Source: Azolla caroliniana (lineage: Eukaryota; Plantae; Polypodiophyta). Taken from it: 13,413 nucleotides of DNA. Shown in pieces: positions 1-7,769 of the stretch. The notes beneath the pieces were generated by a model. It made no database searches, had not been told where the DNA came from, and was given only the letters and a program-made list of their open reading frames with translations. Position 1 is the first letter of the stretch, and each line of letters starts with the position of its first letter. The translations under genes were made by a program, and so were the position numbers. The stretch spans positions 1-13,413 of the forward strand of contig JBHGNT010000952.1 in assembly GCA_043228905.1 (NCBI GenBank). The letters are read 5' to 3'.

Positions 1-443
1 AACAGAAGAAAGAAAGAACAGACGAAGTGTTTTTCTGGGCATGGGGGCGTTGTCTCGTCAATATATATCATCGGTGAGGCTCTCTTTGGACCAATGAGCG
101 TGCAGCATCCGGATCGCCAGCTCACCACGCTCTTCCCATCGTCCGATCTTCGAGGTTTGACGATCGGACGGCCCTCGAGCATCCGGGCTCGCCCCACCGT
201 CCAGATCTTCCCTTTCGTTCTGGCCGATCGGACGGTGGATGGCCGTCGAGCCTGATTTTGTTCTTGCAACGGAATGTGCCTCTTTATATTGCTTGTGAAG
301 ATGACCTCTCTTTTTCGCATATTTACATTTGTAGCCCATTCTGGAGATTTCTTTGTTATGTATGTATTTGTAAGCCCTCCCCCTCAAGGTTTCTTTGTTA
401 TTTGTAAGCCTTTCCCTGAGGGTTTCTTTTTGCATGCTCAACA
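1..443 (-). mobile_element. Probable LTR retrotransposon long terminal repeat, truncated by the window edge
   Basis: The segment ends ...GCTCAACA at 443 (TGTTGAG on the minus strand, a typical LTR terminus). It has short tandem repeats near that end (348-429), a CpG-rich block with inverted repeats (100-250) and a TATATAT at ~62-68, and composition changes after 443. The partner end is not visible and orientation is inferred. Confidence 0.5.
348..429. repeat. Imperfect tandem repeat, about 2.2 copies of TTTCTTTGTTA(...)TTTGTAAGCCYTYCCC
   Basis: Copies start at 348, 390 and (partial) 423. Confidence 0.8.
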
Positions 444-2513
444 TATATAGTGTAATTCGTGAAAGCTATGATGCCATATTGAGAAAGGGGGTGATGACTC
501 GAGTGTCCACAATAAAGAGAATACCTAGCAGATTCAGCTCTCACATTTGTATGCCTTTATTCACACATCGAGATTTCGTGCTTCTTAGGAAGGAGGCACG
601 CATAAAGAAAGCTTGTTTATTTAGATCCTATGGTCAATATTGACATCTTTGTAGACAGTAGAATGTATATAATCTAGATTCTAAACTAATATATGATGTC
701 TTAAGGATGTTTTAAGGTGTAGAGGTACATATATATTTTTAATTGCCCGTGAACACATTGATTTTGAAAGTTGTCAAGAGATGAGTTATAGTTCAATTAG
801 TTAAATGAGACCAAAGTTGGACCGTTAAGGGGATTAGACTTATAGTTTGATGACTAAGTTAATTAAACCTCTATGAGTAGAATTGGGATTGGCCATGGAT
901 GTTTGGGACTTGAACATGCTCTTTATAGGTTGACTATGGGAAGGTTGATGGTCTTATTATGAACATGTTTATGGTGTTGGATTATGGCTTCAAAATTACT
1001 TGCATAATTACTTAGAAATAATCATGTGTGGATTGATCAATAGTGTCGACAATATGATAACATATGTGTCGTGTTAAATCCATAAAAGCACGAGGACAAC
1101 CTTATACTCAAAATGGCTCAAAACACTTCATTGTGGCCCACTCTAATGGTAGGACTGTCTTAGCTCCATGGTATTCTCTACGAAGCAGTAGTCAAGTCAC
1201 CAACCAAAATTGGAGTGCATGCCAAACATACAAAGTGATGGTCACTCTAAAAAACAATAACTCGTCCCAACTAATTAATCAACACAATTGTAAACGGTTA
1301 ACCAAGTTTTCTCTAGAATCGATTAACCATGCCACTTTAAGGATGCATTAAAGCTACATAAAGTTGGGACTCACGGTTTGAATGCAATTGTGGAATAATT
1401 CCTAAATGACGTGACAACAAATGGGAATGTAGGTTTTCAAAGTTTTGTAACTAGAAATATTCTTAGTACTTTGTCATATCATACTCCAAGGCTTTTGGAC
1501 ATGGAAAAGCCATTGAACATGGACGCAAATAACATGCTTTGTTGAAGATTTGGCTCTAGAAAATATAATAATATTAGAATGGCCAATTGTCCACGCCTAT
1601 AGTTTTTGCACCAACTTCACCAATAAATTGTGGCAATATGTGGGTGTTCTTCTAGTTACTTGTGAATCACAATGAAAATCTCCAATTGTTTCTACTAGTT
1701 CATGGAGAATTGCAATGAAAACGTCCACTTATTTTCCCAAAAATTTGCTCCAAATTTTCAAGGAAAAGCATAACTATTTCCTTTTTCATACTTCTTTGCA
1801 AACAACATTTAAGAGGCGTTTGACTTCAAATACAAATTCCCACTAAAACCATCACAACATACTATGAAGCCTGCATAAAATGACCTAGTCAACCTTGTGA
1901 ATCCCTCCTCTACATTGAAAGCAATAACAACCCATCTCAAATTACCACCAAGTGTCTAGTTCATCTTAGCGACTAAAACCTTGAGAATAAACTACATTTG
2001 TCTTTGAAAGGTGGACCCATTTTGTCATGTCAACTGAATGCTTCCAAAGGAAGTATGACACTCCTTATCAAGCACTTGGCTTGATGCCCCTCCAATAATA
2101 TGGAATAGAAAAATGAATAATCATGGCCCTTGATAAATGAAACTTAATTGTAATATTTCATGATCATAACTTGTTTGCATGTGTGGGTGGGTTATATGTA
2201 TCTATGATTGCGATACTACTTTCTTATAATATTTTGTGAAATTTGTTGAAAGTTGATCTCATATCATATACAAAATGCACTTTATATTTGATTATCCATT
2301 GCATCTTGTCAATTATGCAATTTTAGAGCCTCAATTAAAGATTCACAAGCAATATATAGGGTTAATTTTCATGGACGATATTCTTTGCTAAGCAATATTA
2401 GGTCTATGTGTTCATGAATTATTTTCTTTTCTAAGCAATATTACAACATAATGTTCCTCAACCAATAGTTTCTTGACAATAATAAAATGACGAGAAACTC
2501 CATAAAGATGGAT

Positions 2514-2652
2514 TGTAGCAAAAGATTGATACATCCACGTAAAGATTGGACCAAGCAAAGTTCATATGTTTGTCTAGGATGGAGTATGTGATACCCCTAA
2601 TTTTTTCCAAATAAATTTTGCATGGACACTTGATTTAGGTGCCATGCATCCA
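2514..2652 (+). mobile_element. Highly decayed Ty1/Copia gag-protease remnant
   Basis: 2623-2649 translates WTLDLGAMH, resembling the Copia protease motif W(I/V)LDSGAxxH (TTA is one C-to-T change from TCA, Ser). About 25 codons upstream, 2514-2549 reads CSKRLIHPRKDW, like a broken CCHC knuckle (CxKxGHxxKDC). Stops and frameshifts surround both. Confidence 0.4.
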
Positions 2653-4656
2653 TAATTATTTACTACGATTAGTATTTAGCCCAATGTAGTCGATGTTCAT
2701 ACACATCAATTCATTCTTCTTCTCAACTTATAGAATGTATGAACCTAAGGACCCTTCACTTACGGGTGGTTGCCTAGACATAAGTATGATTTCATAAAGT
2801 ATTTTTGTTTCATCTTATAGGTCTAGCACAATTGAAGATCATTGGAAATAAATCATCTTGGTTTCTTCAATAAAGGCAACAAAACTTAAACACTACCCAC
2901 AACATACTACTATGACATGATAGGCAATATTCGGACATAGCATGCATGCATCTTTCTGAATCGTTGCACGAATGAAGATTGACTCATGAGTGTGGTGAAT
3001 TTGTGTTAACTTACCAAGCATGAAATTTTGGATGTGCTATATAATATGAAGATCAATGATCAAAATTGGATTGGTCATGCGTGGATCAAGATGGGTCATG
3101 GACATGAGAATGCACACAATCAAATTGGGTCAACAACTCACAACCTCCTAATCAAGAATACTTTCTACCACTTGCTTGCCAACAGAGGTTACCTCTCTTA
3201 TCTAGTCTCTTACGAAGTATACTTCTAAAAATAATACATATTGTTAACAATGCCTCCTTACATTGACAAATGATTCTCCAATCAATGTACATATTTGCTA
3301 TACAACACCATTTACACGAGTTTGTAAATGTGTTAGCGTAATTAGCTAACTTATCTTTAGCTAATTGCATGTCTCGTTGCTCTAATGGATATTTGGCCTC
3401 GTCCAATCCTTGCTTGGACCCTTGTGGGCTTTTGTCTCTCCTTCTTGTTTGTTGGAATTGCCTTTTTAAGAGCAACACTATTGTTCTCACTTAGTATCGT
3501 GGAATGTATATCAATTTTGATGCCATTGGTCAAGGAACAAATTGTTAGTGCACATGAGTTCAAAATACAATATCAAACTCATTGATGGAGAATTGCACCT
3601 ACATGTTTTTTTATTTCTTTAATGTAACATGGTAAAGACCAAAAGTACTAAATATTCAGAATCCTCTTATTTGATATATGAAGGCAACAAATTTAGATTG
3701 CAATCTAGAACATATTTTCTTTATATTGTTCTATGTCCTATTGTCCCTCCTTTTCTACCTAGTTTGTGAGCTCCCTTTTATGGGAAATTTAATGAGCATG
3801 ATGGATTCTTGTTGGCCTAAATATAAGTGTGCTTCCTTGAAGGACTTATGTTTACATTTTATTTCATTGAGCACAATGCCCACAAAATATCTATGTGAAA
3901 TGTTAGCCTATTGTCTGACAATAAATACATTTGTTTATATTTGGGACCATATATGTAATATATTTGGATTATGACAAAATGTGGGCTCATTTACGAACCC
4001 ACCCTAAGTGGCACAAAGGTTTACATGCTTGTGTTTGTAATAATATAGTAGTATTAGAAGTCTAAACATGTATTCTCATGATCGATTGTAGAACCATTCC
4101 TAAATGTTTTACACAATCAATAATAATTTAAATCCACGTAGACGACCAATACGGGCGTTTGTGCATAATATCAACACTTGGTACAACCAAGCCGTACAAT
4201 ATTCATTGAAGTATTGAATCCCATTTTTTCCCAAGAATTATGTCGCATGATAATGTGCACCCTAACAATCATGTGAAGGGTTTGATGTGAACAAGATATT
4301 ATGTGGTGAACACTTTGGTTCAAGCATTGTCTTTACTCATATCATGGTAAGAGTATATAATTGTGCCTCTGAACAAGTATCAACAATTAGTGTGCATTAT
4401 TTCAAGCTAAATTATAAGGAGATCTTAGAATTGTGACAAAAACAAATTCATGGATCAAGATTTGAACCCACACCCTTAACGTTGTAGAAATAGTACATTG
4501 GCATGTTTTTATATATTTAATTGTAGAATCTCACTATGGTGGCATTCTGAATCTATAAGCAATCATTTTGTGGGGACATGTGAAGATTCTTATATAATCT
4601 AAAGCGTTCACGTTGTGCCTTTTTGACATTCGATGTCTCCTTTAGTTATATATTAT

Positions 4657-5012
4657 TTTCTTCCTCATTGCATGTGGGTCAACAACTTCAAGTTGATTGT
4701 CCTTACACAAGGTTTGTCACTTGCAAAAAAGTGACATGTGGACATACTACTTTGTAAATTATAGATAACATCGCAACCACTCAACAAAAATAAGAGACCC
4801 AAGTTTGTTTGTTGAAGTTATGAGGGGGTGCGACTAAAAGAAATCCACAAATCAAGTGTTTGCTAAAAGATGACAGATTGAGAGATTTGCAGCTTCTCGT
4901 ATTTCTTCCTCTTCTACACTACATGTGGTTCAACAACTTTGTGGATAGATTTGATTTTCCTTGATGGTGGTTCGTCTCTACCACAAAAATGTCATGTGGA
5001 CATAGCACATTG
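4657..5012. repeat. Diverged ~100 bp direct repeat pair (4657-4754 and 4902-5012)
   Basis: Shared blocks in the same order: TTTCTTCCTC, CATGTGG(G/T)TCAACAACTT, TTGATT(G/T)TCCTT, CAAAAA, CATGTGGACATA. Confidence 0.7.
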
Positions 5013-6130
5013 AGAACAATATATCACATTGATAGAATGAAACAAGTACCAATAGTGGTATATATTCAATAAAAATGAAGATATTCTAAGGTAGGGTTAG
5101 CTATAAGCAACCCATGAATGGTTGCAATGCTTATTTAGTGAAAGATTATCGGCGCCATATTTGCACATAAAATAGAAAACAATTGGCATAGTGTATGTTG
5201 TTATTAGCGTAGGGACAACTATTTCACCATTAATAAAATACAAGGCATTTACAAAAGCAAGATTTGCAACCCATGAAACTCCATGATAGACAATTGTGAT
5301 AGAACAGTATGTGGTTGTTCTTCTATTGCTCATATGAATGACAATATACTAACTTTTGGCAAGTTAAAGTGTTCGCCAAAAGATGATTTTGCTTATGGTT
5401 GAGTTTGTGCATAAGGGTCAAACTTGTGATGGAAGTGAAGAATGTATGATTATACAACATTGATGGAGCTTGATCATATGTTGCAAGGAAGACGCTATGA
5501 GAAAGTATTGAAACTACCAAATACGAAAGCCTAGAACATGTAATGCACTTTTTACTTCCACTCCTATATGGGCTATTTTGAGAATGTCAAAAAAGTGATT
5601 CTAGATCATGTTTGTTCATTCATTAGAGGTGTACATGCAACAGATTCCATGAGAGTGGAATATATGGTGTTATATTTGATTTGGGCTTCAACCCAATGTT
5701 AGCATGTGTTTGAGGTGATGGATTAAACGAGTTAGGTGATTCAAAGATAGAGTGAAATACAAGACATTTTCAATATATGATCTAACTGTTTGAATGAGAG
5801 ATAATTAGTACACCCAACACTAATCTTAGTTTCGGGGAGTGCTTAAGGAGAAGTGTATTAACATCATTGATCTTCATCGTGGTGATAATAGCCATCCATG
5901 CTGTGCCTTTTTCTTTCAATGGTGATTGCCAACTTCCGTTGAAACAAAGGCAAAACCTATTGTGCGTAACGTGCTGCCCTTGTTGAGTTAGCAAAAGGAC
6001 GTCCATGTCCAACTTGATGGCAGTGCAAGGGGGAACAGAGGCGTTCGTTGGCCATTAGATGTTGTCATCACGCTCGAATCGAGACAAAGTGCAAGTGGGC
6101 CGATCGATGAGAAGGGGTAACTGTAACAAT

Positions 6131-6427
6131 GACCAAGACCAAGAACAATATACCTCACGACCAAGAGTAGGACTAGGACTAGGACCAAGAACAATATACC
6201 TCACGACCAAGACTAGGACTAGGACTAGGACCAGGACCAAGATCGGAACCAGGACCAAGACCAAGACCAAGGCCTGGACTAGGACCAGGACAAGGATTAG
6301 GAAAAGCACCAGGACTAGGACGAAGACCAAGACAAGGACTAGGACCAGGACCATGGCAATGACCAAGAACAAGACCAAGATTAGGATTCAAGACCATGAT
6401 TGTGACCGTGACCGTGACCGTGACCGG
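6131..6427. repeat. Degenerate hexanucleotide tandem array (GACCAA/GACTAG/GACCAG, ending in (GTGACC)4), with an internal 46 bp duplication
   Basis: 6-bp periodicity is directly visible. 6137-6182 and 6183-6228 match at 45 of 46 positions. The array explains the low-complexity TR/LV/GP ORFs in the track. Confidence 0.95.
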
Positions 6428-6555
6428 TGACTCGTGAGTGGAGCATAGATAGATAGCCCTTGTGAACTCAGCCTTAAGGAGTAACCGAAAGGAAACAAAC
6501 TACATTACATACATACTACTTTTTTCTTACAAGAAATTAGAGCCATTTTCTGTGG

Positions 6556-6585
6556 TCTCTCTCTCTTCTCCTCTTCTCTCTCTTC
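6556..6585 (+). promoter_or_regulatory. CT-rich pyrimidine patch (Y-patch/GAGA-like) upstream of DiT2
   Basis: TCTCTCTCTCTTCTCCTCTTCTCTCTCTTC, about 300 nt before the ATG; typical of plant core promoters and 5' UTRs. Function is inferred. Confidence 0.45.
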
Positions 6586-6654
6586 ATGTCCTGCTGCATA
6601 TGTATACAAAACCATGCACTTCCTTAGCTCTTCTGCAGTCTAAAAAGGAAGGAA

Positions 6655-6674
6655 CCCCCCCCCCCCCCCCCCCC
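6655..6674. repeat. Poly-C homopolymer (C20)
   Basis: Direct count. Confidence 0.95.
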
Positions 6675-6750
6675 TTCCCTCTCAAGCTTCTTCTCAGAGT
6701 GTTCTCGATTCGTGGTTCACAGAAGGAAGAGCAGGATTCCTGTACTAAAA

Positions 6751-6767
6751 CACACACACACACACAC
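6751..6767. repeat. (CA)8 microsatellite
   Basis: Direct reading. Confidence 0.95.
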
Positions 6768-6807
6768 TCCAATCCCAAGAAGCAGAGAGAAACACTCAAT
6801 ACATATT

Positions 6808-6818
6808 TATATATATAT
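6808..6818 (+). promoter_or_regulatory. (TA)n run, candidate TATA box
   Basis: TATATATATAT ending about 64 nt before the ATG; it could equally be a 5' UTR microsatellite. Confidence 0.3.
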
Positions 6819-6881
6819 GCATACAGATCCATAGCAGTATCGACAAGACATATCCTCCCCATCCCTGGAAGAGATCGATCC

Positions 6882-7145
6882 ATGGAATCCCTAATCTCAA
6901 AGATCCATGGAAACCCTAATCTCTCTCCCGTTGCCCTCTCTAACGGCCTTCATCTTCATCACAGTAGAAGCATCAGAGCTTCCTCTTCGACTTGTCCCAA
7001 CTTAGCTTCTTCAACTCGACCTAGCTTCTCTGGGCTTTCGTCTTCCTCTGCATTCGGTGATGAGAAGGCTAGGCCTTTTCTCTTCCTTCCTATCAATCCG
7101 AGACAAAACCTGATCCGGCAAAAGAGCTGGAATCTGAAGGTAGCA
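6882..7145 (+). other. Predicted chloroplast transit peptide (~88 aa)
   Basis: Ser/Arg-rich, acid-poor N-terminus ending in a typical LKVA/A cleavage-like site, followed by an acidic/Pro linker before the first membrane segment. The cleavage position is inferred. Confidence 0.7.
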
Positions 7146-7769
7146 GCTGGCGCGAAAGAGTCCGAATCCGAATCGCCCACGCAGTCGCCATCAAACCCAG
7201 CTCTTGCTACCAAGAAGGCATCATCATGGCAAGGGGCAAAGCCATTACCTTTTGCTATATCAGTGGCTGTGGGGCTTCTTGTGAGATTTTTTGTCCCCAA
7301 ACCTGTCGCTGTCTCGACCCAAGCATGGCAATTGCTTGCAATTTTCCTCTCCACAATTACTGGCCTCGTACTCAGCCCTCTCCCTGTTGGTGCTTGGGCT
7401 TTCTTAGGCCTTACTGCGTCCATCATATCTGGCACTTTATCTTTTGCCTCCGCTTTTAGTGCATTTACAAATGAAGTGATCTGGCTCATAGTCATCTCTT
7501 TCTTCTTCGCACGAGGGTTTGTTAAAACGGGACTTGGTGACCGCATCGCCACCATGTTCGTGAAATTGTTAGGGAAGAGTACTTTAGGTCTCTCTTATGG
7601 TCTTACTACTAGTGAAGCTCTGATTGCTCCCGCGATGCCAAGTACCACGGCTAGGGCAGGTGGTGTGTTTCTGCCAATCATCCAATCTCTCTCCTTGTCA
7701 GCGGGTAGCAAACCTCGGGACCCATCAGCTAAAAAACTCGGCACTTACCTTATTCAAACCCAATTCCAG
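6882..7769 (+). CDS. DiT2: DiT2 coding exon 1 (888 nt, MESLIS...LIQTQFQ)
   Basis: ATG at 6882 in good plant context (ccATGG), and the MES start resembles DiT2.1. Homology ends at CAG|GTTATT (7769/7770), phase 0. Confidence 0.92.

Noticed and set aside
770-1290. Possible MITE-like inverted repeat (GAGATGAGTTATAGTT near 778 versus AACAATAACTCGTCCC near 1253)
   Set aside because: The match is short and imperfect, with no definable termini or target-site duplication.
58-5520. Short intergenic ORFs of 60-130 aa
   Set aside because: No recognisable domains, many non-ATG starts, and lengths expected by chance in decayed TE sequence.
5988-6430. ORFs encoding (TR)n, (LV)n and (GP/GL)n low-complexity peptides on both strands
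   Set aside because: They are the reading frames of the hexamer array, with no domain, splice or compositional support.
6131-6430. Repeat with a recurring insert, superficially CRISPR-like
   Set aside because: The two inserts are identical rather than unique spacers, the unit is 6 bp, there are no cas genes, and the locus is eukaryotic.
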